The notes below the pieces were generated by a model that saw only the letters and a list, made by a program, of their open reading frames with translations, was not told the DNA's origin and searched no databases. Below are positions 38,989 to 53,785 of a DNA stretch of 64,000 nucleotides, in pieces. Position 1 is the first letter of the stretch. Each line of letters opens with the position of its first letter. The stretch is from Octopus vulgaris. Taxonomy: Eukaryota. The stretch covers positions 152,024,001 to 152,088,000 of the forward strand of contig OX597814.1 in the NCBI GenBank assembly GCA_951406725.2, read 5' to 3'. Both the position numbers and the translations under genes were made by a program.

Positions 38989-39223
38989 AAGGCGGCGAGC
39001 TGGCAGAATCGTTAGCACGCTGGGCGAAATGCTTAGCGGTATCTCGCCTGTCTTTACGTTCTGAGTTCAAATTCTGCCGAGGTCGACTTTGCCTTTCATC
39101 CTTTCGGGGGTCGATTAAATAAGTACCAGTTACGCACTGGGGTCGATATAATCGACATAATCCGTTTGTCTGTCCTTGTTTATCCCCTCCGTGTTTAGCC
39201 CCTTGCAGGTAGTAAAGAAATAA
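38989..39223 (+). mobile_element. Full-length SINE family B with 15-bp TSD
   Basis: gtatgtacaaaagtt at 38974-38988 and 39224-39238. Confidence 0.95.
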
Positions 39224-40090
39224 GTATGTACAAAAGTTTTTCTTGCTGCCTGATGGAGCAGCGATATGATCGAAGTGATTTCAGCTGTTCACCAAGCAAT
39301 CTTTTATATAACATATAGAACTACATTATCCAATGGTTACCATCTCTTTTTAAAGAGAGAAAAGAGTGATTTATGAAAAATTGGCACTTATTTCTAGCCA
39401 GACAAGCGGCCTAGTAGATAACCCCTCATTGACTCGTAGTTGTTCAAGTTCATTGTTACTGATGTATGTGAGGAATACGAATTCACCTGTTGTATTTGAC
39501 GGACGCCGTATTCTGAATTGTAATGATTACAAGACCTCTATTATGTAGTAACTGTAGCTTTATTCATAGTTCCACATAATTTAATGAGTTTTATGGTTTT
39601 ATACTTAAAATATTTCGTTATACTATCCACAAACGTGTTATTAGAGTTGCGATTAACTACGCCAAATCTGATTGAATTAACATCAGGTTGGTGCGTATAA
39701 AATATACTCTTTGGCGAAATGATTTATTAATTGAAATGTTTTATATAACTGGAATAATTATAATAATTTAGCTTACTATAAAGGCTAGCGGCTTTAGCGA
39801 AAACGGTGATATTTATGCGTTGGTGTATATAATAATATATAGTGGAAACCTACCACTTTACAGATTACTCTGTGCGTAGAATTTTCCAAGGAAGAGTTTT
39901 AATCAAGTGTGACTTGTTAGTACCAGTCCAGTTGCACATACTCTGAATAATATCTTTATCAATATATATCAAAAAGCTTGAAAGCTTAAAGTGGTTTGAT
40001 TTAATGCATGTACAATGGTGATATCTATGATAGATTGAAGTTGAACATATACAAAATTATGAAAAGTATGTATGTACATATGCATGCATG

Positions 40091-40168
<78 letters not shown>

Positions 40169-40876
40169 CGTGCATTCATATAAGTTTATGTGTATGTGTG
40201 TGTGTACATGTCGGAATGTATGCATACATATATATTTATATACATATTTATATACGTATGTATATAAATAGGTGTGTATATGTGTATAAATATACATATA
40301 TATATATACAAATATCTGTAGATATATACACACTTTGATGTATGTACGTATATGTATACACGTATACATATAATATTATTGTATATATACAAAAATATGT
40401 AAATATATACATGTGTGTGTATCTGAGTATAATAGCAAAACTGAAACATGATATTTTACAATTTATATAAATTATTGGAGCAAAATAAACCATAACGACA
40501 CTTAAGCGTTAGAATAACTTATTCCCTAATAGGGAGGGTAAACATCAACAACAACAACAACAAAAACAACAACAAAACAATAACCAATCAATAGTTATGT
40601 GAATTTAACTCTGTCAACCACACCTGACTACTTGCTTGTATGTAGCTTTCGTGATATAAAATATCTAAACAGGCAATCACATAACGGATTGCATGGTATT
40701 GGGCAAGATAACATTTTATTCTGTCTCAAGCCTCCAGAAAGAGAAAGAGAGAGATTGAGTAACAAAGGGATATAGGCAGAGACAAAGAGAGGGGAACTTT
40801 ACCAGCTGGATGTTACAATACGATGCATGTATGTATATAGATACGTGTGTGTGTTTCTACATGTGTATGTATACAT

Positions 40877-40945
<69 letters not shown>

Positions 40946-41829
40946 CAAATAGGATGCATAAATAAGTGGTGAAGAATAGTAAGACCGATAACAAGGAAGG
41001 TGCGGTGGACAGGCAACACCTGAGCAATACACTCACAAAATGTACGCATGCGTGTGTGTATGTATGTATGTATTATGTATGTATGCAGGAAATAATATGC
41101 CGTATGCATATGAACGTCAACATGTACACTTTAAACATTACATTTGCTGAAACGAGAAACAATATGATTGTGTTGATTAGTAATAAGAATTGTTTCTCTC
41201 GAAGAAAAGCTTATAATACCAGACTACTGGCCTACTTTGTTTCTTGCGTAGAGTTCCATTAGAAAGTGAGTGGTGAATCATATCGTAGATTCGTAAGTAG
41301 GAAAGAAAAATCAATATCGGAGACACTCTCAGAAAAGTGCTTTAATTATTAGTACAGTATTAGAACGAGATTTTTTTCTTTATTAAGATAAATTTGTCTG
41401 ACACATGACTGTCCCGACGAACGCTGTATATGAGGAAGCACAGAAATGGATCTTCTTAAACAAGGTTTACTCCTCATTTTAACAAACAGTATTATTTTGT
41501 CCTCTTTACTTGCTAATGATTGGTGAAAGAAAGCATGTACGCCACAACGCCCTCTTACTTAGCTTCTCATTCTAATCAACCAGTTATCACACATTCATGA
41601 ATAATACACATCATCATTATTATAATCATCATCGTTGTCGTAGTCGTCGACATCATCATCACTACCATCATCATTATAATCATCATGATGAAATCCTTGA
41701 TATTACTGTTTCGAATCCTAGGACCCGTAAGGTCCGGTTTTCATAGAGTATGTGTGTTACCGGGATCACAATACTCTCCCTGAACAGGACGTCAGTCCCT
41801 CGCAGGCTCATTCATTTACAGCTGATCGG

Positions 41830-41929
41830 NNNNNNNNNNNNNNNNNNNNNNNNNNNNNNNNNNNNNNNNNNNNNNNNNNNNNNNNNNNNNNNNNNNNNNN
41901 NNNNNNNNNNNNNNNNNNNNNNNNNNNNN
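41830..41929. other. Assembly gap (100 N)
   Basis: Exactly 100 N, a usual placeholder for gaps of unknown size. Confidence 1.
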
Positions 41930-42203
41930 TAAGTCGTGAATTTTATTCTATTTAATTGATCTATGTGTTCTAAGATGACAGTACAAGCCTATTCTTTATC
42001 TAAAAGAAACCTAGCGACGTGGAAGTGAGAATAGGAATGCAGCCGAGTCTAAGAGAACTTGTTGAGTTGCTTCCCTCCATCGACGGCTTCTTATGTCAAC
42101 CTTATATTTACACTTACTTTCAAAGTTATCGCGCCCAATGTAGTACTTTCTCCTTTAGAGTTGACGATCAAATGCATCAATCATCCACGGGGAAACGCTA
42201 ATA

Positions 42204-43412
42204 GGGGAGACCGGGTCTTGTTGTTACACGGCTAAGTTGTTACAAGTCCATTGTTTCCAACTTCAAGAAATAGGTGGCACTCGGGTCTCTACCTCTTGAA
42301 GGCCAACTCCATAGCATCATGACTGCACATGTGCATTGCACTGGCGGGCTGTCACCAGGAAAGGTATGGCTCAAAAAACGATTTTTTACTCCAAAAGTGA
42401 AATTTTGCCACAAAGTTATTTCCTTAACTACTAAAGCACAAGTGGTGTTACTGAAGTTGTTTATGGCTCATTAGGAAGTGTTAGAAGTTGCCTTCGATAC
42501 ATAAAGGTGTGTCCTGGATGCCATGCATTGCTGGTGCTGTGTACGAGGTAATCCCCAGAAATCCATGGTTGGGGCTAATTGTTACAGTGTATCAACTTAC
42601 CCCTTCTATTTCAGTTTAACACGCTATGCCTAGAAATTACAAAAGGAAGACTACAAGGGGAGATATCTCTCCTGATGTCATGGAAAGAGCCGCCAGAAAA
42701 GTTGTGGATGAAAAGAAATTATTACGGGATGTTGCCGTAAAACGGCGCATAGTGGATGAAATAAACGAAAGGAAATCCAAAGCAAAAAAGGCAACTGGTA
42801 CAGAAAAGGCAACAAAGTGGAAGGGAAAGTCAACTAAAACAGGTAAAGGCAAAGGGAAGCAACCTCGCAGCAAGCAAGTCACCGATTGGAAATGCCTTGT
42901 CTGCTCAGATTGGTATTCCAACTCTCTTCCAGGTGAAGACTGTGCAATGCATGATCTGTAAAGTCTAGGCACACACTGACTCTACCGATGGACGACAGGA
43001 CTTTCTGTGTGATCTGTGTGGTGAGAAGTTAATGGAGGACGATTCCGATTAGATGGCACATGTAATAATGGGGAAATTGGCTGATGAGGACTCTCAGTAT
43101 CACAATTAGGATATGAGATAGTTCAAAGCACAGTTAATAATACTTCCTAGGTGCTTGAAGCAGGAGACGTATCCATTTTAAACTTGTTTGTTAACACCTC
43201 GCACTCAGGGAAAATTGTTACATCTGACACCACCTCATTAATTAGAACTTGTCTAGTTAATGTTATGTAATTTCTATTTTTTTTTGCTGGTGATAACAAT
43301 AAATAGAGATCTAATTAAATCTGAAAGTAAACTTTAGCTGTGTTCATTTATGTGGGTGCCAAGGCATAAAAAAAAATGAAAACTAAATGTAACAACTAGA
43401 CCCGGTCTCCCC
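42204..43412 (+). mobile_element. Duplicate of the pogo-like element
   Basis: Same TIRs, same flanks and same ORF (42626-42961). Confidence 0.85.
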
Positions 43413-44398
43413 TATTAAAGTTTTGAATTCAGAGTACCAGAAAGGTATCATCTTTGAATAGATGATGCAGTTTATATAGCCTTTCTCTGTTCATTGGTGT
43501 TCTAATCGCAGGAAAGACTCAAAGCTTAGTCTTCTGCCTTAGTACCAAGTTCCACCAGGAGAATCTGTTTCATAGACCTGGTCAGGTTGAAAGGGACGAT
43601 CCTAGATAATGACCGCTACAGATATTTTAGCGTAGGGAAGCCATTTTGGCCGATACGAGATATCTTTTACCATAATCAGGCTTTTGGCTCGCAGAAGAGT
43701 AAGGCATAAACCTTAAAAAGAATTCTCAGAAAAACCTATTTGGAAGTTACTTTGGTTTCTTGGGTTAGATTTTTCTATTCCTCTGAACTATTATGAAAAC
43801 AGTACACCTATTACACAATTAAGTTATTAAGGTATATGATATGACGAGTCAGCGAACACGTTTGGCTTCTTCCAGTCAAGCAAACTAACCCATTTTTCGA
43901 TCAATATCGCCTACGGGATTCACATTGCGTCCTACTGTACAACAACTGCTTCCCCAAATCTTCTGCGATAGATAAGCAGTAGCCAAGCCATCATCCATAT
44001 TTTGTCATTTGTAAAGTCGTTTACACAAAACTGTGCTGCACCGACTGAAGCAAAGAACATTGCTGAAGTCAGCCACCCTTATTTGAGCTGAAGTAATGTC
44101 TTCAAGACTACAATAAAAATAATAAAGAGTGTCTTCTAGCACTTCCCATCTTACAAATTTTCCAAATTTCAGGAGACTTTTTCGGCTCCTTGCCGACAGA
44201 ATCTCTATTAACTTTGCAGACTCCTCCTACCTTCTATATGTTAATCATGATCTATTTCCACAACACAAATTTTCCTAAATTCTCCTTTTTCACGTCACCA
44301 GTAAACATAGAGACCGTATTAGTAGTTTTACCTCGAGTACAAAGAGTAACCAAATCTCCGGCCGTTTGATGAATGGTCTTGACGGTGTCTCTAACATT

Positions 44399-44770
44399 AG
44401 GCGGCGAGCTGGCAGAAACGTTAGCACGCCGAGTGAAATGCTTAGCGGTATTTCGTTTGACGTTACGTTCTGAGTTCAAATTCCGCCGAAGTCGACTTTC
44501 ATCCTTTCGGGGTCGATAAATTAAGTACCAGTTACGCACTGGGGTAGATGTAATCGACTTAATCCGTTTGTCTGTCCTTGTTTGTCCCTTCTGTGTTTAG
44601 CCCCTTGTAGGTAGTAAAGAAATCGGTATTTCGACCATCGCTACGTTCTGAGTTCAAATTCCGTCGAGGTCGACTTTGCCTTTCATCCTTTTGGGGTCGA
44701 TAAATTAAGTACCAGTGAATAGACTAGTCCCCACGCCCCAAATTTCAGGCCTTGTGCTTTGAATAGAAAA
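44399..44770 (+). mobile_element. Duplicate SINE B dimer
   Basis: Matches 33994-34365. Confidence 0.85.
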
Positions 44771-47700
44771 CATAAAAGATTATTATTAAATAGTGCGACT
44801 CAGAACTAACTTCTAATCGTACCTAACTAATATTTATCCCGCTACAGTATTTTAATCTGAGATTTATCTTAATATTTGAAAGCATGTCATAGTGAGCTCC
44901 ATACCCATGAGGACAATCATTTTCACTTTGCTAACACGAACAATTACTGCTGTTCCCCAAACCCCAAACCCCAAAATCCCCAAATCGATGAAAACACTTA
45001 TAAGTAATCATCTTTATCAATGGTATTGGGTCTCTCATTTTTCATTATTTGGCTTTGTGGATCTCGATCAACTTGTCATGTCGTTCACCAATGGTTGTCT
45101 TTTTCATACGAGTACTGCAGTAAAAATAATGTTGCACTCGAACATCAGTAGACGGTGTCTGTTATTAGACTCCTTTATCCAAGTTGCTCGCTTATAGCTC
45201 AAACATATCTCACATGTATTCAATCGGAACTCTCTTGTTAGACCACACCATTATGCCATGTGCTTCTGAGAGCTCTAACTGAATCGTACTTTATTGACTC
45301 AGGTGTATCCTAAGATGTGTTAATTCTCCCACACTCATAATTCTGACCATTTGAACTACGTTTTTTTATTTCTAACAAGATATTCTTCTGTACAGATGAC
45401 GCGAGTATACACTTTTCATTAACTTTCTGTACGAAGCTATAATCCAAATTAAATATACCTTTCGTCTAATCTACATTTGCCTTCATGAACAGAGATTTCG
45501 GAAGCATCCGCTAAGGGAGACATTATAACACAGTTACTTTCAACAAAACGAAAACACTATCACTATACATATCAAGGAAACTGTTATCTAACTGAGCCTC
45601 TACAAATAAGCAGCACAATTTCATAAAATCTCTACAAATACTTGACGTTATAATATCAGATAATTTCTCATATATATAGACTCGCCAAAATTACGCCTCT
45701 ATTTTAATGGTCAGAAAATCATTTTTCTTTGAGTAGTCACTGACCCTCTACGAAGATCAGGTACGATACATATATTTATGGACGGTTCTCCTGTTACACA
45801 AACAAATATCCAATACCTCATCCAAAAGAAAGCGAACCAACAGATCGACACAGATTCGATCCTCAACAACCTAAAACAACTTGGCTCACAGATGCACTGT
45901 TTCTTCTCACCGTCTTGTCTACTACTGCTGCTTTTCCAGACTAGCAAGCTACATGCTACGTCCACTGAAGACAATCTAATCGTATATCTTACTGTCTCCT
46001 CCCTTGATGTCACACGAAATATACCTGTCGCTTTCTTTCCTAGATGGATATGCAATCCTCTCCCTCTCTCTCGTATTTCTTGCAAACATTGACCTAAAGT
46101 GTTCAAATTGAATATCATCTATATCAAAACGTCTTACCAGTCTCGGGGAATATACAAAGGACACAGGGACTGCTCTCTTCTCACTGACAATTGGAAACAA
46201 TGTAAATGGAAGAAATATGTATCTAAATGGTTTTTTTTATCACTATAGCAATTTTCTAAAAATATAAGAAAGTCTGTAGCTGACAAAAAAAATTAAAATA
46301 CATTTATCTAACACATATTGCGTTTTATAAAAACAGAATTTATGGTAGGTTGTAAGTTCTATAAACATATTACATTTCCTTAAATATAGCTGTCATACTA
46401 TTGTGGCTGATGAGTTGCTTAGAGAGATATGATATCGAATAGTAGAATAAATTTTTTGATAACAAAAGATAAATTTGTTTTGGTAATCACAGCATCAAGC
46501 GGACTTCAAAAGAATTTCGCTGCCAGATTTCTCAGACACAGTATATTTATTTCGTCAAATACAATAAAATACAATAGGTGCCATTCATGTGTTACTGAAG
46601 TTGCATTAAAATGAGAGTATAAATCATGGAACTGCATGCTATTTTGATTGTATCTATTATAATTAATACAACACTCTTATTCCTTGATTTACATCTTCCG
46701 TAAGTCTTAGAATCGATAATAAAATTCTAAGCAACGAAGAAATCATTTATGTTAAAATGTAAACAGTTCATTTCAACACTGCCAGTTAGATTCAGACGAT
46801 TTTTTCCACAGGAAAAGAAAAAGACTTCTTTTCAACTAAATTCGTATAAAATTTTAAATATTTTATGTATTGAAAATAAATACGAGGCTGCGTTTATAGA
46901 AATAAATCTCTGGTTTGTAGTAATTTTTTGCTATTTCTACGAAGCATGTAATTCTAATATTTTAAAAGAAAAGAAAGTTGCCTCTCAATGGTTTTAGTTG
47001 CTTTTCGAATAGAAAACTCTGTTCAACCGGAAATTAAAAGCAAATTTTTACATCAGTTAGCCGGAGGTTTAACACCTGCTTTGAAGAAAATCAACAAGAA
47101 GTTTTATGATTAATGGGTAAATTACCTTTATTTCACACTTATTTGAATAAACTCTGCTAATCATTACATTCGAAATATGTTTGCTTATTTCAATACTCTA
47201 TATTATGAAAGGCTTTTAATGGCTCTCGATATTTTGGTAAAATACCCTTCCATAGCCCAGAGAATTAAAAGAAAGGCTATCATATATAATTCCAACATAT
47301 ACCAGAATCAGTGGATATATTAAATGCGATGACTAATATGAAATTGTATTTTCCAGTAATAATGAAAATGACCAAAATGACTATTTTGAAGTCTTCCATC
47401 TTCAAAAAATCTTTGAAGATGAAGCCTATATGTTGTTGACTTCATGCAAATGTGCAAGAATGACGGGTTGAATGGCAGAATAGTCGTATATAAGGTGGGC
47501 ATATACTTATTATCGATACAAATAAGGTGATATAAATAATGTCAAACCGGGTTTGGAACGGAATCCCAAATGTACCTCACAGAAGGAAATTACAATCCAA
47601 TAAGATCATAACTTCTCGCGAAGCATGTTTTCTAGAGTTGAAATGAGATGTCACTTTTATTTCTGCAACTGACATTCGTTTGAGACGTTTTCCAATATCA

Positions 47701-47829
47701 TATACAATACTGCATGTATGAAAAGAATCCTCAAACCACTGACTCAAAGAAGTTGAAGGATGACAGTTTATGCAAAACGTACAAGATAACACATAAACAT
47801 TATACATACATACATGAAAACACACACAA

Positions 47830-47877
<48 letters not shown>

Positions 47878-49385
47878 AAAAATATATATTGTGTCTCGTT
47901 GCTATGACACTTTTGAAGGAAAATCTTTATGATAGTGGTACGTGTAATTATTATTTTCATTGTGAATGTGAATGCGTTGATGGATAAGTTTCGTATGGTA
48001 GCAGAACATCCATGGCTCTTCATTCGACTCAAAAGATCAGACATCGCTGATTAGGTATTATGTTTCTCAACATCTTTTTGGCGGTTTCAGTGTCAGATGT
48101 GTCAAGTGTCGTCGATCAGTAGAATTGGTAGAGCGATGAACAAAATTCTTTGTATCATATAGTTACTTCTCTTAACATTCTAAGTTTAAATTCTGTCGAC
48201 ATCAACTTTACCTTGGGGTGGAGTGGTAATCAATAAAGTGCCAAGGAAATACGGAGTTATTGTGACTTTATGCTCATATCGGAAGTCCGTATTGAATGTA
48301 AAGCTGATTAAAACATCTTGAAGATGTTAATACTGAACTGAGACATTTAATTTGAAGAATTAGACACCAAAATTTACTCCTATCCTTCTTCTTCAATACC
48401 GAAAACCACTTCACATTTATATATTCCACACAAACATTGATCTGCAAAAGTTCAAATTGTCTATTATTTATATTAATACTAGCCAGATGTTTCTAAACTG
48501 TAGTTTCAGAGAAATTGGAAAAGCGACAAGAGTTTCATGAATTTCTGACTAAACTAAAAACAGTAAAAGCATTTGCATTCATATCTACAACTTCATACTT
48601 GGTACTTTTCATATCTACCACTTGGTACTTTTCATGTCTGCCGTTGATATTCTTTATATCTACCTATTGGTACACTTCATATCTGCCTATTGATACTCTT
48701 CATATTTGCTTATTGATAATCTTCATATCTACGTACAGGTACTCTTCGTATTTACCACTTGGTACTCTTCTTAAGTACTTATTGGTACTCTTTATATCTA
48801 CCTATTAGGTACTCTTCATATCTACTACTTGAAATCATTCATAGTTGCAAATCTAGGACATTGCAACTCTTCTATGCATTTTAAAATATTATTTGGAGCA
48901 GCCACAGATTCAAATGTCTCCTTCACTGAAAGTTTATTTGACATTAAGTATTATTGGAAACTTATGAAATCTTTAGGCACATTCATAAAAATATTGATGT
49001 GAAAATCTCCAGCAATAGATTGAAAATTTAATGCAACTATGGATTAATTAATCAATGAATACAAAGAAACAAACAAAAAAAAAACAGAATTGATTCTAGC
49101 GACAGATGACATAAAATCCATTTGGTCAAATAGTTATACTTTGAGCACTCTCAGTCATACACAGACACATACGCACGCATGAAATAACGGCTAAAATATA
49201 ATGATAATGATATCAGACAATTTTGTACATCTGCTTATTGATTTTTTCACGACTACTTTCATTAGTATAGTAAATGACAATGCATCACTGACGGGACCAT
49301 TATAAGAACAAAATATACCCGGAGTTGTGACATACAGATTTACTATTTAATTTAGTACTTTGCGCAGTAGGTATGTACAAAAGTT

Positions 49386-49620
49386 AAGGCGGCGAGCTGG
49401 CAGAATCGTTAGCACGCTGGGCGAAATGCTTAGCGGTATCTCGCCTGTCTTTACGTTCTGAGTTCAAATTCTGCCGAGGTCGACTTTGCCTTTCATCCTT
49501 TCGGGGGTCGATTAAATAAGTACCAGTTACGCACTGGGGTCGATATAATCGACATAATCCGTTTGTCTGTCCTTGTTTATCCCCTCCGTGTTTAGCCCCT
49601 TGCAGGTAGTAAAGAAATAA
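49386..49620 (+). mobile_element. Duplicate SINE B with TSD
   Basis: Matches 38989-39223. Confidence 0.9.
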
Positions 49621-51232
49621 GTATGTACAAAAGTTTTTCTTGCTGCCTGATGGAGCAGCGATATGATCGAAGTGATTTCAGCTGTTCACCAAGCAATCTT
49701 TTATATAACATATAGAACTACATTATCCAATGGTTACCATCTCTTTTTAAAGAGAGAAAAGAGTGATTTATGAAAAATTGGCACTTATTTCTAGCCAGAC
49801 AAGCGGCCTAGTAGATAACCCCTCATTGACTCGTAGTTGTTCAAGTTCATTGTTACTGATGTATGTGAGGAATACGAATTCACCTGTTGTATTTGACGGA
49901 CGCCGTATTCTGAATTGTAATGATTACAAGACCTCTATTATGTAGTAACTGTAGCTTTATTCATAGTTCCACATAATTTAATGAGTTTTATGGTTTTATA
50001 CTTAAAATATTTCGTTATACTATCCACAAACGTGTTATTAGAGTTGCGATTAACTACGCCAAATCTGATTGAATTAACATCAGGTTGGTGCGTATAAAAT
50101 ATACTCTTTGGCGAAATGATTTATTAATTGAAATGTTTTATATAACTGGAATAATTATAATAATTTAGCTTACTATAAAGGCTAGCGGCTTTAGCGAAAA
50201 CGGTGATATTTATGCGTTGGTGTATATAATAATATATAGTGGAAACCTACCACTTTACAGATTACTCTGTGCGTAGAATTTTCCAAGGAAGAGTTTTAAT
50301 CAAGTGTGACTTGTTAGTACCAGTCCAGTTGCACATACTCTGAATAATATCTTTATCAATATATATCAAAAAGCTTGAAAGCTTAAAGTGGTTTGATTTA
50401 ATGCATGTACAATGGTGATATCTATGATAGATTGAAGTTGAACATATACAAAATTATGAAAAGTATGTATGTATGTACATATGCATGCATGTATGTATAT
50501 ATATATATGTGTGTGTGTGTATGTGTGCGTGCATTCATATACGTGTATGTGTATGTGACTGTGTGTGAGTGTGTGTGTGTACATGTCGGAATGTATGCAT
50601 ACATATATATTTATATATATATTTATATACGTATGTATATAAATAGGTGTGTATATGTGTATAAATATACATATATATATATACAAATATATGTAGATAT
50701 ATACACACTTTTATGTATGTACACACGTATACATATAATATTAATGTATATATACAAAAATATGTAAATATATACATGTGTGTGTATGTGAGTATAATAG
50801 CAAAACTGAAACAGGATATTTTACAATTTATATAAATTATTGGAGCAAAATAAACCATAACGACACTTAAGCGTTAGAATAACTTTTTCCCTAATAGGGA
50901 GGGTAAACAACAACAACAACAACAACAACAAAACAATAACCAATCAATAGTTATGTGAATTTAACTCTGTCAACCACACCTGACTACTTGCTTGTATGTA
51001 GCTTTCGTGATATAAAATATCTAAACAGGCAATCACATAACGGATTGCATGGTATTGGGCAAGATAACATTTTATTCTGTCTCAAGCCTCCAGAAAGAGA
51101 AAGAGAGAGATTGAGTAACAAAGGGATATAGGCAGAGACAAAGAGAGGGGAACTTTACCAGCTGGATGTTACAATACGATGCATGTATGTATATAGATAC
51201 GTGTGTGTGTTTCTACATGTGTATGTATACAT

Positions 51233-51303
<71 letters not shown>

Positions 51304-52099
51304 CAAATAGGATGCATAAATAAGTGGTGAAGAATAGTAAGACCGATAACAAGGAAGGTGCGGTGGACAGGCAACACCTGAGCAATACACTCACAAAATG
51401 TACGCATGCGTGTGTGTATGTATGTATGTATTATGTATGTATGCAGGAAATAATATGCCGTATGCATATGAACGTCAACATGTACACTTTAAACATTACA
51501 TTTGCTGAAACGAGAAACAATATGATTGTGTTGATTAGTAATAAGAATTGTTTCTCTCGAAGAAAAGCTTATAATACCAGACTACTGGCCTACTTTGTTT
51601 CTTGCGTAGAGTTCCATTAGAAAGTGAGTGGTGAATCATATCGTAGATTCGTAAGTAGGAAAGAAAAATCAATATCGGAGACACTCTCAGAAAAGTGCTT
51701 TAATTATTAGTACAGTATTAGAACGAGATTTTTTTCTTTATTAAGATAAATTTGTCTGACACATGACTGTCCCGACGAACGCTGTATATGAGGAAGCACA
51801 GAAATGGATCTTCTTAAACAAGGTTTACTCCTCATTTTAACAAACAGTATTATTTTGTCCTCTTTACTTGCTAATGATTGGTGAAAGAAAGCATGTACGC
51901 CACAACGCCCTCTTACTTAGCTTCTCATTCTAATCAACCAGTTATCACACATTCATGAATAATACACATCATCATTATTATAATCATCATCGTTGTCGTA
52001 GTCGTCGACATCATCATCACTACCATCATCATTATAATCATCATGATGAAATCCTTGATATTACTGTTTCGAATCCTAGGACCCGTAAGGTCCGGTTTT

Positions 52100-52290
52100 C
52101 ATAGAGTATGTGTGTTACCGGGATCACAATACTCTCCCTGAACAGGACGTCAGTCCCTCGCAGGCTCATTCATTTACAGCTGATCGGACTGGAGCAATGC
52201 GACATGAAGTATTTTGCTCCAGAACACAACGCATCGACTCGCAAGGTCGAGAATCCAAAACCCTAACCACTAGGACACACGCCCTCACAT
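52100..52290 (-). mobile_element. Old CORE-type SINE (minus strand)
   Basis: actggagcaatgcgacatgaagtattttgctccagaacacaacgc is the reverse complement of a CORE-like head. Confidence 0.5.
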
Positions 52291-52859
52291 CCTTTCATGA
52301 AGCACCATTGTATGTATTCTGCTGTTGCGTAACAAGCTGCAGCCATGATAAACAGAACCTATGAGCAAACGCATGCCAACCATATGCCATTCTTCAATTT
52401 ATCCAGGATTAGACACCTCTGTGCATCTTCCATTTTCCTCTACAGTACGACAGAGGCTGAAGGAAATTTAGCTACTATTTCTAGCAAACCAAGCGTCCCG
52501 GTAAAGACTTCATGGTTGACTTACTAGTTATTCTGTTTGCTTATATTGCACTAGGTAAATAAAATATTGATTGACTGCCATCATAGCAATGTATTTTATG
52601 AAATATTCGGACTGTAGAATCACATAAAAAAAAAAAAAAAATGATAAATCATTAAATTTTGAATTAAATCTAATTATATTGTGAATTTATGGAAAGACTG
52701 TTATTGTCTATTTGATACTGTCTCCCTTGTATTTTAAATATTTATAAATATATTTAGTCGTTGTTTATGATTAATACTTTCAATTGAGTTTTCAAATAAC
52801 ACGACGAACAGCTATGTATTTATTATATCATATATTATATTATATTATATTATATATGA

Positions 52860-52908
<49 letters not shown>

Positions 52909-52961
52909 ATACACACATTCATACATACATAATAATACATACACAAATATATGTATATATA

Positions 52962-53012
<51 letters not shown>

Positions 53013-53489
53013 CATACACAAGCACATAGACACAAATATATATACATATATACACATGCATGCATACATATACATACATATATACACATATACAAAGAGA
53101 GAGAAAGTGCGTAAGAGAAAGAGAGAGAAAAGAGAAAGGGAGAGAGTGTCAGAGAGAGTAGTCATTAGAATTGGTAGGTAAATAATGGTGTGTGTAAGCA
53201 TGAATCGAGCTGCCAGAAATAAAAGAGATGAGGTGCAGTTTGGTTTGCCGATGATACAAAGTAGGGTACTTAACTTGGTCGAAGCTTAGTAGAACGGTAC
53301 AAGTAGAGGGTGAGAAATAGGGTGTAAAAGATGGGAGAATAGAAATCCTGATATGCATCATACGTGTATGTATGTATGTATGTATGTATGTATGTATGTA
53401 TGTATGTATGTATGTATGTACGTATGTATGTATGTATGTATGTATGTATGTATGTATGTATGTATGTATGTATGCATGTGAAAGCATGT

Positions 53490-53785
53490 GACTTAATGAG
53501 GAGAGTATTCGGCGCGCGATCGGTTGCTTCGATTCCCGCCAGCGTGTTGTGTCCTTGAGCAAGACACTTTATTTCGTGTTGCTCCTGTCTATTGAGCTGG
53601 TAAATATGAGTAGTACCTGTATTTCAAAGGACCAGCTTTGTCACATTCTGTGACACGCTGAATCTCCCCGAGAACTACGTTAAAGGTTAGAGTATCTGTG
53701 GACTTCTCAGCCACTTGCACGTTAATTTCACGAGCAGACTGTTTCGTTGAACGGGTCAACTGGAACCCGCGTCGACGTAAGCGAC
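53490..53785 (+). mobile_element. tRNA-derived SINE family C
   Basis: B-box-like ttcgattccc; gtgttgtgtccttgagcaagacactttattt core; distinct 3' part. Confidence 0.7.

Larger units (their letters stand above)
31527..41829 (+). repeat. Copy 1 of a 10.3-kb direct duplication
   Basis: Near-identical to 41930-52187 (ORF track repeats at offset about 10403); ends exactly at the N gap. Confidence 0.95.
41930..52187 (+). repeat. Copy 2 of the 10.3-kb duplication
   Basis: Starts taagtcgtgaatt (=31527) and matches to gctgatcgg (=41829); differs by SNPs, 1-bp indels and microsatellite lengths. Confidence 0.95.

Noticed and set aside
42204-43412. Second independent pogo-like insertion
   Set aside because: Flanks are identical to copy 1; it is part of the 10.3-kb duplication.
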